Below, in pieces: positions 46,456 to 56,167 of a stretch of DNA of 64,000 nt. The stretch lies in sequence record PP488543.1. One strand, written 5' to 3'. The stretch's first letter is position 1. Each line of letters opens with the position of its first letter. Under the pieces are notes generated by a model, which had not been told where the DNA came from, did not search any database, and saw only the letters and a program-made list of their open reading frames with translations. The position numbers and the translations under genes were made by a program. Source of the stretch: Escherichia phage BP9.

Positions 46456-46914
46456 TTAGAAGTTTGTTTTTACACGTCCCTTTTCATCAACTTCGTTGTT
46501 AGCTAAAAGCGTTACAAAGTCTGTGAAACGGACATGAAGAACTCTTTTATTATCAAGGTATCCTAAAGCCACCCCTGAGAAATTTAGCATCAAAGGGGCT
46601 AAAGAAGCTTTAGCACTGAAATGCTGTTGTTCTACCCTTCCAACACCCTTAGTATAGGATGGGTTGAGATTGTAAGTTCTGAATCCAAGTTTTGTTGGGG
46701 CTTTAGAATTAAAAACAACTTTGTAGCGTTTCTTACTCAACTTATGCTCCAGGATAAGCATTCCCTTATCGCCCTTGATAAGTTGAAAATCTGTAAAGTG
46801 CTCTTTTAAGACGAAAGGTAGTGCCAGTCCCATCGCCTGCCCCCTTTGTACCGCTGTCTCACCAAAAGCTTTCGCATCAGTGAGTTCTTTGGTCAAGTCT
46901 ATGCTTTTGATCAT
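46456..46914 (-). CDS. hypothetical protein (152 aa)
   Basis: ORF; no motif recognised. Confidence 0.45.
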   Translation of the reverse strand: MIKSIDLTKELTDAKAFGETAVQRGQAMGLALPFVLKEHFTDFQLIKGDKGMLILEHKLSKKRYKVVFNSKAPTKLGFRTYNLNPSYTKGVGRVEQQHFSAKASLAPLMLNFSGVALGYLDNKRVLHVRFTDFVTLLANNEVDEKGRVKTNF

Positions 46915-47695
46915 ACCTGGTCTCCAAAATGTATTGTAGTTCTTTCTTACCTATACTCTTCATTCCAGCAGTCTTACCTGCTTCTTCTTGAAAAGAAGAA
47001 TAGCATTCAGCAAACACTCTGTCAACACCGTCAACTAAAGATTTTATGAAATATGTCGATTCTTCAGATTTTGGGTCATCATCCCCCAATACTTTTCCAG
47101 CATTATACCCAACACGTCTTACACAGAAGTCGTAGTCATCTGGAGTGCTAAAAGAAAATAACTTATTCTCTCCAATCTCTACAGGATCCCTATTACACGC
47201 CTTTTTCTCCCAAATTTGGAAAACACATGGCACGTCGTAAGGTTTGCCATTAAGTAAAAACGAATTCTTAGGGCACCTTTCGCTGTAGACAAGGTGCATC
47301 GACATGTCCAGTTTGTTTGCAAAAAATATTTTTTCAAATGTCCGTGGCAAGATGAAGGCTATAGCCCCTCCAAGCTCTAGCAATGATGCACAATGGTTGA
47401 AGAATTTGCAAGCTAAAGATGAATTCTTGCCAAATGGTGGGTTACCTATGAAGACATCTGCCTTGGGATGAACCTCCAAGAAGTTTGCCTGAATGCACGG
47501 TGTTGGTCCTTCAAATTCAGGATCTGGTACTAAATCGTACGACAGTATCTCTGAAAATAGTTTTGAAAAAGAACCCCTTCCAGCAGAAGGCTCAACGTAT
47601 GCACAATTCCCATACTTATCTTTTACTTTACCAACAAGATATTCTGCATACTCAGGGTTTGTGTAATATTTGTCGTTGGACTCTTTCTTACTCAA
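46877..47695 (-). CDS. DNA N6-adenine methyltransferase-like (NPPF motif)
   Basis: AdoMet motif VEPSAGRGSF and catalytic FIGNPPFG. Confidence 0.6.
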   Translation of the reverse strand: MSKKESNDKYYTNPEYAEYLVGKVKDKYGNCAYVEPSAGRGSFSKLFSEILSYDLVPDPEFEGPTPCIQANFLEVHPKADVFIGNPPFGKNSSLACKFFNHCASLLELGGAIAFILPRTFEKIFFANKLDMSMHLVYSERCPKNSFLLNGKPYDVPCVFQIWEKKACNRDPVEIGENKLFSFSTPDDYDFCVRRVGYNAGKVLGDDDPKSEESTYFIKSLVDGVDRVFAECYSSFQEEAGKTAGMKSIGKKELQYILETRYDQKHRLDQRTH

Positions 47696-47739
47696 AGTGC
47701 CTCCAAAAGGAAAGGGAGGCTTGCGCCTCCCTATACTTG

Positions 47740-48723
47740 TTAGATTATCTGAATCAGAGTGTTTTTCATCTCTTCTCGGGTACGGATGTTGTTACGATCA
47801 CGAACAACAGATCCACAACCTTCGCAGCGGTATGTTTTAAATGCACTCAGCTGAGTATATGCCAAAGCTTCTTCCTCGTGAAGGTGTTCTCCACCACAGC
47901 GTGGGCAACGAACCTTTGGCTCCTCGTCCTGGTAGTACAATGACATGTTTGGGTGCTGCTTAGCAAACGGGCGAGCCAGTAAATACAGTCCTTCCAGAGA
48001 TAGGATATCACCAACATTGTACTCCCGCATCTGTTTAAACGCCTCAAGATCGCCGTGAACACACTTGATCCACATTTCAAATGTGTGGTCAATCAGTTTC
48101 TGTCTGGCAAGTTGGAAGTATTTGCATGCATACTCCAAAGTGTTTGCATTCAAACGGAATGCCTTCTTGATCATTTTGAGGGTGTCAACCTCTTTGTATG
48201 GGCTTGTTGGCGGCAACCCGTGAAATGCAAATCGTTGGTTGGCCCACCCACAGTCAAAACCTGAATTGTGGGCTACTGCGACATCACATTTATCCAGATA
48301 ATACCACAAATCCTGAATCAATTCGAGATCATTGTGAATATCTTCGCCCCACATTTTATAATCAGGAAGAGCACAGTCAACCACACTAGGACTGTCTAAC
48401 CACTTACCTGCGAAAGTTAGCATATAGGGCATAACTTCAATACCACAGGTTTGAATGTTGGTCTTATAGTGCCCAAAGAACCAGCCGTTTGTTGGGGATG
48501 TCTCTGTATCATACACCCAAACTTTAGCACCTTTGTGCTCTTCAAGGAAGCGCTCCGTTGCTTCTCCTACAATCTCTGACATATTCTCTTGTGCACGTTT
48601 AAGCTGTAGTCGGATCCAGCTCTCACGTGACTCACGGCCTAAAAATTCACGAGCAATTTGTCTATTAGTGTATCCCTGTTGCTTTAGTGTTAAAATTTGC
48701 TCAAGAGTTAACTTTGTCATCAT
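47740..48723 (-). CDS. DEDD-family 3'-5' exonuclease with HTH and C-terminal zinc ribbon
   Basis: Exo I VYDTETS, Exo II AHNSGFDCGW, Exo III YNVGDILSLE; CPRCGG...CEGCG. Confidence 0.6.
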   Translation of the reverse strand: MMTKLTLEQILTLKQQGYTNRQIAREFLGRESRESWIRLQLKRAQENMSEIVGEATERFLEEHKGAKVWVYDTETSPTNGWFFGHYKTNIQTCGIEVMPYMLTFAGKWLDSPSVVDCALPDYKMWGEDIHNDLELIQDLWYYLDKCDVAVAHNSGFDCGWANQRFAFHGLPPTSPYKEVDTLKMIKKAFRLNANTLEYACKYFQLARQKLIDHTFEMWIKCVHGDLEAFKQMREYNVGDILSLEGLYLLARPFAKQHPNMSLYYQDEEPKVRCPRCGGEHLHEEEALAYTQLSAFKTYRCEGCGSVVRDRNNIRTREEMKNTLIQII

Positions 48724-48735
48724 CGTTAAGATTCC

Positions 48736-48957
48736 TTAGTAAAACTGAAGAATGTCTTTTAAAGCGAAGTCACGATATTCGCCCTTGTCTACATCGAAGG
48801 CACGCATCAACCACTGCTCTTCTTTATGATACTCTGTAGAGCCAAACCATAAATTAGGCTCAGTAACGCAGCGATCTGCAACAACACCTTTCCAGTTACG
48901 GTATTTCATCCTGATCAGGACTGAGTCGCAAGGATTGAATACCTTTTTCATCCCCAT
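48736..48957 (-). CDS. hypothetical protein (73 aa)
   Basis: ORF; overlaps 3' end of EndoVII gene in another frame. Confidence 0.4.
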   Translation of the reverse strand: MGMKKVFNPCDSVLIRMKYRNWKGVVADRCVTEPNLWFGSTEYHKEEQWLMRAFDVDKGEYRDFALKDILQFY

Positions 48958-49501
48958 AGAAATCTCTCTCCTCAGTTTTCTTTATAAACTCCTGCATGTA
49001 GAACTCAATAGCCTCATGCTTGGTGCACTCCGGATTAATGACAAGATTGAGATCTGATTCTGCTCGTGCAATAATCGTAGCTTTAGAGCATCTCCTCAAG
49101 AACTTTGTCATATCATCTCTGTAGTTTTTGTGGAGCGGGAAGTCGCTGTAGTCTTTCTCCAAATAGTCAGCCATCCGGCGCAACGCCTCTGATAAACTGC
49201 AATCTGTATACTCGTTACAGTATTTCATCCAGTATTTAAGCACATACCCCTCAAAGGTATTAGTGCATTGAGACAAAACACCCCTGCAACGACCAGTCAG
49301 ATGATCATGATCTAAACAAGGCTTACGAAGTGGCTCGCACAAGATCGGATCAAGACCATCCTGCTCCTCTGACAATTCTTTTCGAAAGTTGGCTATGTCC
49401 TTAGAATCTTTTAACCACCCGTTATGAACTGGGGCTTTGACAGCTTTCTTTCTTATTTTACGCTTTGCGATAATCCCTCCAGATGAGCCCTGCCTATCCA
49501 A
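48896..49501 (-). CDS. recombination endonuclease VII-like (Holliday junction resolvase)
   Basis: CEPLRKPCLDHDHLTGRCRGVLSQCTN resembles T4 gp49 CQRE..HLDHDHE..GKVRGLLCNLCN. Confidence 0.6.
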   Translation of the reverse strand: MDRQGSSGGIIAKRKIRKKAVKAPVHNGWLKDSKDIANFRKELSEEQDGLDPILCEPLRKPCLDHDHLTGRCRGVLSQCTNTFEGYVLKYWMKYCNEYTDCSLSEALRRMADYLEKDYSDFPLHKNYRDDMTKFLRRCSKATIIARAESDLNLVINPECTKHEAIEFYMQEFIKKTEERDFYGDEKGIQSLRLSPDQDEIP

Positions 49502-50082
49502 TAAGCATCTGCGAGATCGGCCTTACCTTGTACCAAATTGATTCCGTCTAGGAACCCAGGTTCAGATACTTCGCAGGCCTTAACCATCAACTTTTTATCC
49601 ATTGTAACAGGTTTCTTCACAGTATGCTCTTTACCTGTCTTTTTGTCAAGCTTTTTCTTCTCCTCAAAAGCAAGTTCTTCAGGAAGATGACTGCGAGCAA
49701 ACTTTTTGGCGGTTGTTGGTGTCACTGTGTGGACCTTAAACAGGCCGTCATTTGCACAATCAGCTAAGGCATCCCAAAGCATAATTTCAAGACCGTAAAA
49801 CAACCCGGCCAGTTCACGTGTGGCATCCCCGCGTGATCCAAAGGAAAGCCCTTCCATAACCACGGTGTCCACTCCGTGCGTGTGGATATAATATCTGACC
49901 TGTTTGCAGATCCAGTCAATACGCTCAGCAGCTGTTGCAAAAGAAACCGTCCCTGGTTTCTTCTCTTTTGCAGATGAGCTTTGAGTTCGTAACACAACCT
50001 TATGAACAGGCTTTCCATCGTCCCATACAACGCAAGCTGTGTGTGTCAACGACTGGTCTATGGATAATAGACGCTCTCTCAT
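49453..50082 (-). CDS. RuvC-like resolvase / RNase H-fold nuclease
   Basis: LSIDQSLTHTACVVW (Asp), VVMEGLSFG (Glu), ADAYWIGRAHL (Asp) in RuvC-like order. Confidence 0.45.
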   Translation of the reverse strand: MRERLLSIDQSLTHTACVVWDDGKPVHKVVLRTQSSSAKEKKPGTVSFATAAERIDWICKQVRYYIHTHGVDTVVMEGLSFGSRGDATRELAGLFYGLEIMLWDALADCANDGLFKVHTVTPTTAKKFARSHLPEELAFEEKKKLDKKTGKEHTVKKPVTMDKKLMVKACEVSEPGFLDGINLVQGKADLADAYWIGRAHLEGLSQSVK

Positions 50083-50414
50083 ACCCCCTCATCCTCCTCT
50101 CCTTCATCAGGAGCATAAGCCTTATCTTTGAACAAGACGAGAGAGCAAAGCTTAACATCTGTTTCCACACTGGTGAACATGCATAACCGCTCGCCCTCAA
50201 TCAGTTCACAATCCTCTTTTAAAACAGCAGACCATACACGGTCATCTGCGTAATCATCAGTGTACAGGATGTATGAAATGGTGTCATCTTCATACAACCG
50301 CCACATACCTGTGGCAACAACGAATGTATTTTTTGTTTTAAGTGTCCCTGTTGTATGATCATCCTCAAAAACAGCTTCCATAATTGCACTATCTACAGAA
50401 TTTTTAGTCATCAA
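50079..50414 (-). CDS. hypothetical acidic protein (111 aa)
   Basis: ORF with 4-nt overlaps. Confidence 0.45.
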   Translation of the reverse strand: MMTKNSVDSAIMEAVFEDDHTTGTLKTKNTFVVATGMWRLYEDDTISYILYTDDYADDRVWSAVLKEDCELIEGERLCMFTSVETDVKLCSLVLFKDKAYAPDEGEEDEGV

Positions 50415-51550
50415 ATTGCTCCAACATTTCTAAGAACGTTAACAAGTTTTGTTTGATCATTGAATGTCCGCTTCATATACAAACAGTCAAAAATTATACT
50501 CATCCATTGACCTACGGAAATTCTACGATCAATACCATTGAAGTCAGTATACTTAACAACACCTTTCGGGAACCACTTCTTGTACTGATCAATAATAGCC
50601 ACCCACATCTCCTTTGGAGTGCTGCACTGAGACAGTAGGTAGAATGCTGAGGCATCTCCGAACTTACCCTTACCGATAAGTCCTTGATACGGCTTAATGT
50701 TGTCAGCAGAGTCACCACACAGCATTTGGTATCCGAAGAACAGCATTCCGTAACCACCAACCTCTCCATTAGGCTTCATGAAGATGTTCCCCATACCGTT
50801 ATCGATCAGCATAGGGGTTTCCCTTACAAAATCACCCTTATCGTTTCGCATGGGATCGAACACAAGCCCAGGTAGTGTTCTTTGGTCCTTATCAATAGAG
50901 ATAATAAACTTGTTGAACTTACCTGTTTTTTGGTAGTGGTTCCAACCTTCAAATTGCTGAATAGCTAACCAGTCGTCAGCCTCGATACCGTTGATCACTT
51001 GAGCATTATACTGCTTTTGGAGATACTGTCTTGCATCTCCAAGCAGCAGTGGTCGAAGAGTATTGTTACGGTTGGCTTTATATCTTTCCGGCATGGGAAG
51101 ATCTAGTCTGAAATTACCTGTGCCTCCAAGTACCCCCACGCACCGATCTTCCGGAATACCGAGATAATTAAGGACTGCATTAGCTTTACACTTAATTGTG
51201 TGCAAGCAGTTCTCTACAGGATCAGGGGTTTGGATATCCAAGACATCGAAATCTTCTCGTGTCCACGGAATAAACTCCTTGCCAGCCTTTTTACATGCAG
51301 CTTCACGGTTGGTATTCTCAGCTTTTAACCAACCACCAACGGTGTTCTTCTGCCGCCCCCAGAACTCTGTTCGTGTTTTAAACATCTTCTTACGTCCGGA
51401 GGCTTTGTGTGTTACCTCAATTGTCCTTTTTTCACAACTTGCTGCAGCTTGATATGCAACCTGATCGAAGTCATAATAAACTATAGCGTCAGGTTCAAGA
51501 AGATCAGCCAGACAATCTATGGACTCAATAAGTGGATATTCTCTACTCAA
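50411..51550 (-). CDS. FEN-family 5'-3' exonuclease (T7 gp6-like)
   Basis: YKANR, GIEADDWLA and ISIDKDQRTLP resemble 5'-3' exonuclease motifs. Confidence 0.5.
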   Translation of the reverse strand: MSREYPLIESIDCLADLLEPDAIVYYDFDQVAYQAAASCEKRTIEVTHKASGRKKMFKTRTEFWGRQKNTVGGWLKAENTNREAACKKAGKEFIPWTREDFDVLDIQTPDPVENCLHTIKCKANAVLNYLGIPEDRCVGVLGGTGNFRLDLPMPERYKANRNNTLRPLLLGDARQYLQKQYNAQVINGIEADDWLAIQQFEGWNHYQKTGKFNKFIISIDKDQRTLPGLVFDPMRNDKGDFVRETPMLIDNGMGNIFMKPNGEVGGYGMLFFGYQMLCGDSADNIKPYQGLIGKGKFGDASAFYLLSQCSTPKEMWVAIIDQYKKWFPKGVVKYTDFNGIDRRISVGQWMSIIFDCLYMKRTFNDQTKLVNVLRNVGAI

Positions 51551-51851
51551 AGACCCTCCTGTTAGTTATTCTGCAAGATGGTTGGATGCTGTAATGGAAT
51601 GCATCATCACTCTCTGCAATAAGTGACTCAACATCCCAATACTTTTCAAAAAGGAACGGATTAGACCCCCAGTGGTGGGTTATTTTCATCAAGGAGTCTG
51701 GTATCATATAACCACAGATCTTAATTACATCGCCAGGTTGAATTGTGTTTTCATGAAGGTTGCTTGCCTTCTTCAGAATCATACCCTTGTGATTCTCGTT
51801 TGCATACAACTGGACGATATCTTTATCTTCAACAATAAAAATTTTAAGCAT
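51543..51851 (-). CDS. hypothetical protein (102 aa)
   Basis: ORF in block. Confidence 0.45.
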   Translation of the reverse strand: MLKIFIVEDKDIVQLYANENHKGMILKKASNLHENTIQPGDVIKICGYMIPDSLMKITHHWGSNPFLFEKYWDVESLIAESDDAFHYSIQPSCRITNRRVFE

Positions 51852-51903
51852 ACCTAGTTCTCCTAGTTAATAAATAGTTAACTGATAATATCAGATCAGA
51901 GAC

Positions 51904-52203
51904 TCATTTGTCAAGACTTTTAGTCTTTCTTGGAGAGCTTTTTGTTGATCTTTTTCTTTTGTGGTAAATTCCAAGTGCAGCATTTTCTTGGGCACACGTT
52001 TTAACGGTTTTTAGATCAGAGCTTTCAGCTTTAGGTAGGTTAAGCTCCCACCAACCCAACCAGTAAAGCTCTGATTCCGACAGCTGCTCAGATTCAGACT
52101 TCCGATACAAGGCTTGCATACCTCTGATGATATCGTCCAAAGGTGTATCGAATACAAAAGCTGTCTTATCAAATTTCTCTTTTACAGGTTTCTTAGCCAT
52201 CAA
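51904..52203 (-). CDS. hypothetical basic protein (99 aa)
   Basis: ORF in block. Confidence 0.45.
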   Translation of the reverse strand: MMAKKPVKEKFDKTAFVFDTPLDDIIRGMQALYRKSESEQLSESELYWLGWWELNLPKAESSDLKTVKTCAQENAALGIYHKRKRSTKSSPRKTKSLDK

Positions 52204-52657
52204 GGTAACCCTCTATCCACGAAAAGTCAGTTTTCCATTCTGGAACTTTACTAAGCTCACGCCACTCTGCAAAGCAGTCTCGGTAATACGCCTCTGCCAT
52301 ACCCTTGGTGATCTTATTCACCTTAGCCAACTGATTAACTGCCTGAGCATACTTTCCACGGATATTTGCTAACCCAGGATGCACCGATGTGTGACAATCT
52401 GGGCACAACGCTATCAGTCCGACAAGCCGGATCACTCCTTCTTCGAAAGTGTAAAGTTCATGACACTCCACTGGATGTTTGCTGCCTTTACCTCCGCACA
52501 CCTCGCAAGTGTAGTTGGCTTCTCTGTAGCACTTCTTACGGATCTTATCCCACTCACTCTTCTTCACAGCGTTTCGGAGGTTATTATACCAAGCTGTTTC
52601 TGGGATCAGTTGCACAATAAGCCTGCGTTCAGACTTCATTAAACGTCCGTCTTCCAC
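52193..52657 (-). CDS. HNH-like zinc-finger endonuclease
   Basis: YTCEVCGG...H...CPDCH pattern; GTG start 5 nt after GAGGAG. Confidence 0.4.
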   Translation of the reverse strand: MEDGRLMKSERRLIVQLIPETAWYNNLRNAVKKSEWDKIRKKCYREANYTCEVCGGKGSKHPVECHELYTFEEGVIRLVGLIALCPDCHTSVHPGLANIRGKYAQAVNQLAKVNKITKGMAEAYYRDCFAEWRELSKVPEWKTDFSWIEGYLDG

Positions 52658-52666
52658 GTATTCTCC

Positions 52667-52873
52667 TCATTCAAAGAAATGGGTGCGAGGACAAGATCCA
52701 GCCTCGCCTTGTTTCACAAGCTCGTAGAGCTCACCTTGACTTGTCTCATAAAGGCAAATACGTTTACCATTGTCCCGATATACATCGACAAGATACGCTG
52801 TTTCACCTGCAAACACGACACCACAGGCCAGACATGCTGCCATGAACAAAATTGCCAACAGAAAATCTTTCAT
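52667..52873 (-). CDS. small signal-peptide/lipoprotein-like protein (68 aa)
   Basis: N-terminal MKDFLLAILFMAACLACG; RBS AGGAGGT; adjacent to lysozyme. Confidence 0.45.
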   Translation of the reverse strand: MKDFLLAILFMAACLACGVVFAGETAYLVDVYRDNGKRICLYETSQGELYELVKQGEAGSCPRTHFFE

Positions 52874-52936
52874 GGTTAAGACCTCCTAAACATTTTATGA
52901 GGTAACAATACCACGTCCGTGTGGTTATGTCAATGA

Positions 52937-53407
52937 TCAATCAAGGACAACACCGCCTGCTTTTTTAAACACCTCGATCAACTTCTCGATCTTCTGTTCA
53001 TGCTGACCATATCCAGCACCAGGTAACGAAGCCCAGCGGGAACGGCATTTATGGATAGCCTGGTGAATACGACCTTCATCAATATCATCGAGCGCCTTAC
53101 ACTCACGGATCAGTTGCAACGCAATCTTGTCCTGGCTGGCAGGTCCAAAATCTGGTAATCCTAGCTGTTTCATATAGTGTTTAGCAAACTTCTCCAAAAT
53201 CTGGTAACGCCCAGCAGCAGAAGAGGTAAGTTTAGCATTTAGCTTAACGTAAACACCTGGATGCTTGCTGTAATCGCTGAACAGATTGCCACCGACTATG
53301 ACATCGTATCCACGATCCTTGGTAGGTTGTCTACCATTATCTGTGCCTTCTGAATATGCGATCATATCCAAGAAAGCTTTTCGTTGAACATTTTTATCAA
53401 GTTTCAT
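52937..53407 (-). CDS. lysozyme (lambda R-like lytic transglycosylase)
   Basis: NVQRKAFLDMIAYSEGTDNGRQPTKDRGYDVIVGG closely matches lambda R N-terminus (NQRKAFLDMLAWSEGTDNGRQ). Confidence 0.8.
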   Translation of the reverse strand: MKLDKNVQRKAFLDMIAYSEGTDNGRQPTKDRGYDVIVGGNLFSDYSKHPGVYVKLNAKLTSSAAGRYQILEKFAKHYMKQLGLPDFGPASQDKIALQLIRECKALDDIDEGRIHQAIHKCRSRWASLPGAGYGQHEQKIEKLIEVFKKAGGVVLD

Positions 53408-53530
53408 TTTTCATACTCTCCAGTTTACTCATAACTAACCCGATCAACAACACTACACAGTGTGGTTATGTAGGTGCCGATTGAAAACCATCATTCAATT
53501 GGCTACCGTTACCTACTGAACCTTCCTACA

Positions 53531-54814
53531 TCATTCAAGCACCTCCCAAGTATCTGGGTTAACATTTCGGACGCAGATACCGACAGGGAATTGGTAGTTG
53601 TTGTCTTCTGTCCTTGCTTGGTATTTGAAGGTGACAAACTTGCCGATCATTTCCTGCATCCTGTCATAGCTACGCTCCTCGTGCGTGCCTTTCATCTTCA
53701 TTTTAACAACAATACCTTCCTTGTCAACGCAGATAAGAACACCTTCATCATTCTTATCTTTCTCAACGTCAATAACTTTCACCTCTGCGTCGTTGAACTT
53801 TTTCCATTTCAATGCTTCAGATGTTCGCTGACCGTACTCGTATTTACCGCAGAAATTACGCATGATAGTACCTTCATATCCTTCGGACATGAATATACCA
53901 ACAGATTCTTCGCAATGATCAACTGTGTACGCAAGCTCTGCGTCAACAACCTTGATATGGTCAAGCATCAGAGTGGTAACGGTATCCTCTGCATCCATAA
54001 GATCCTTGCAGCGTCCAGACTCTGTTTCTGGATCCCACCACACCTTGTCGCTAGGAATATCAAAAATGTGATACTCCAGATCGTAGCTACAGTACCCACC
54101 GTAACGCAAATCATCACGAACAGGCTCAACATCGACAGGAATATCTATCTTGTTGAAGTTTTTGTATGTTGATAAGCCTGCCTTAATTGCTGCATGACGG
54201 CGTTTTTTATCTGCCTCATAGTCTTTATCGATCTCGGCCTGAATCTCTTCCTGTGTGCGCCACCGTTTTGCAAGAGACACTATTTTCTGCAAAGGAAGAC
54301 CATGAATGTATAGTTCCCCATCAAGTTGTTTAATCCCAGTGGTGGAATGGAAAGAACGAAGTTGCTCTAAAAGCTTTCCTTGAATAGGGTAGGACTTATT
54401 ACCACGGGAAATAAATTTAGGCTCACCATTTTGGAAAACAACAAGCAGACGAAGGCCATCTAACTTACGCAAGATCCAGCAAGGTAATTTAAGTGCCTTG
54501 CCACGCTTCAGGTAGTCATGCACCAGCATTGGTAAAAGGTCAACACCCTGCTCGCAATCTTCCATGTTTTCAACATACCCCAGACGGACTTGTTTTTCCC
54601 ACTTACTGATCGCTTCCAGCTCGGCCTGTTGCTCAGCTGTAGTTTCATTGGCACGACCCACGTTCTTAGGTGTGCAGATCGTCTCTTTGTATTGCAGTTT
54701 ACCATCAAGCTTACCAAACTCTACGATAACCTTATCACCATCCGTGAATACTTTCCACTGTTGGTAGCTGCCATCTTTATTCAGTGCGTACAGTGTTGTT
54801 TTGATCTGATGCAT
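53531..54814 (-). CDS. DNA ligase (covalent nucleotidyltransferase; ATP vs NAD type unresolved)
   Basis: Motif I KLDGLR, motif III DGELYI, motif IV EGTIMR, motif V KWKK. Confidence 0.65.
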   Translation of the reverse strand: MHQIKTTLYALNKDGSYQQWKVFTDGDKVIVEFGKLDGKLQYKETICTPKNVGRANETTAEQQAELEAISKWEKQVRLGYVENMEDCEQGVDLLPMLVHDYLKRGKALKLPCWILRKLDGLRLLVVFQNGEPKFISRGNKSYPIQGKLLEQLRSFHSTTGIKQLDGELYIHGLPLQKIVSLAKRWRTQEEIQAEIDKDYEADKKRRHAAIKAGLSTYKNFNKIDIPVDVEPVRDDLRYGGYCSYDLEYHIFDIPSDKVWWDPETESGRCKDLMDAEDTVTTLMLDHIKVVDAELAYTVDHCEESVGIFMSEGYEGTIMRNFCGKYEYGQRTSEALKWKKFNDAEVKVIDVEKDKNDEGVLICVDKEGIVVKMKMKGTHEERSYDRMQEMIGKFVTFKYQARTEDNNYQFPVGICVRNVNPDTWEVLE

Positions 54815-55083
54815 TACTCGGCCTCTTCCTTAAAAATTTTAAACATCTCTTCTTTACTCATTACCAACCAGTCTCCCATAAAGTCAACTAGCCAATCTCC
54901 CTGGTACAAGACAAGGTTACCAAACGGCTCTACAAGCTCACACATGCGACGAAGATCTCTGGTCCGAACAGGTGACGATGTAAACACACCTGTATCAATC
55001 CACCGTTGCAGATCAGATACTGATGAAGAGCTTCCGTCAAACTGGTGGGCTTCTACAGGTTTAGCAAGATTAAATAACGGCAT
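54814..55083 (-). CDS. hypothetical protein (89 aa)
   Basis: ORF abutting ligase gene. Confidence 0.45.
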   Translation of the reverse strand: MPLFNLAKPVEAHQFDGSSSSVSDLQRWIDTGVFTSSPVRTRDLRRMCELVEPFGNLVLYQGDWLVDFMGDWLVMSKEEMFKIFKEEAE

Positions 55084-55378
55084 TGCAGTCCTCCTTCTGT
55101 AGTAGGTCTTTTATAGGATAAACAAGTAAGTGTGGATCGGAATAACGTATAGTCCTATTCTGCCACACTATGAACTTTATTACAACCAAATTTACAATAT
55201 CTTTATCACCATGCAGCCCAACACACACATTTGTCCATATTTTGTGGTTGAAGATCTTGCTATCGATGTAGATTTTAGTGTCAAACTTATCTTCCATTCT
55301 ACCTATAAGTTTGATCAGCTCCTTCATCTGGTCGCCAAACACAGCATCTTTTTCAAGATCTCTGGAATGCTTGTACAT
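55070..55378 (-). CDS. hypothetical protein (102 aa)
   Basis: ORF in block. Confidence 0.45.
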   Translation of the reverse strand: MYKHSRDLEKDAVFGDQMKELIKLIGRMEDKFDTKIYIDSKIFNHKIWTNVCVGLHGDKDIVNLVVIKFIVWQNRTIRYSDPHLLVYPIKDLLQKEDCNAVI

Positions 55379-55440
55379 AACTAACTACCTCACTGCATAC
55401 TTTCCATAATAAGTAAAGCCGGGTAATCCCGGCTATGTTG

Positions 55441-56154
55441 TTAAATATACTCTGTTACATCCTTGAAGCTCGAAGGCTTCATGATCTTACCTTTGCTGTC
55501 AAGGAATATAATAACTTTATTGCCGTTGTAGAACTCCTCTTTAGCAACGAAACCTTCGTAGCGACCACCAAAACGACGCTCAAGATCTTTAATCTCCAAC
55601 TCGATGAGTTGTTCAGCAGGCATATCTGCACTGGCACCGTGTGAATACCGTAGATGGTTGATCCGTGCAAACTTACTGTCATTAGATTTGAGAACCTTCC
55701 GCATCATCCCACACACATCGCCGCGAAGCTGGAACAGCAAAGCTGTTGACAACTCCGCTAAGCGGTAAGCTGACGCTCTTTGCTTGGATGTGTTTTTCGC
55801 AGCGATCAGTGTATCATAGAACTCACCGATCTTGAACTTAAGACCTCGTGGATTATCAAACAGGTTTGACCACTTTTCGTGATTGTCATTAACAAGATAA
55901 GCTGCATAACTTGTGACAACGTGAAGATCGCAGGCCTCTTTTAGCAGGTGATCTCCACCATCACCTTTCTCCAGCTCTTCCAAAACCTCATTGAACTCTT
56001 CCTCAATGAAGCTAAGCTGTAATTCGAATGGTGTGTATGATTTTTTCACTTTAGCTGCCACACGGTTCCAGTTTTCCACCCAGTTGGCAGACCAAAGGTA
56101 GTTTTCAGGCTGGGACAGTTTTTCAAGGTTGTCGATTAATTTGGTGTTCAGCAT
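55441..56154 (-). CDS. all-alpha NTP pyrophosphohydrolase-like (MazG / dimeric dUTPase-like)
   Basis: Acidic helix FIEEEFNEVLEELEKGD followed by KEACDLHVV; weak assignment. Confidence 0.35.
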   Translation of the reverse strand: MLNTKLIDNLEKLSQPENYLWSANWVENWNRVAAKVKKSYTPFELQLSFIEEEFNEVLEELEKGDGGDHLLKEACDLHVVTSYAAYLVNDNHEKWSNLFDNPRGLKFKIGEFYDTLIAAKNTSKQRASAYRLAELSTALLFQLRGDVCGMMRKVLKSNDSKFARINHLRYSHGASADMPAEQLIELEIKDLERRFGGRYEGFVAKEEFYNGNKVIIFLDSKGKIMKPSSFKDVTEYI

Positions 56155-56167
56155 TAAAGGTCTCCTT

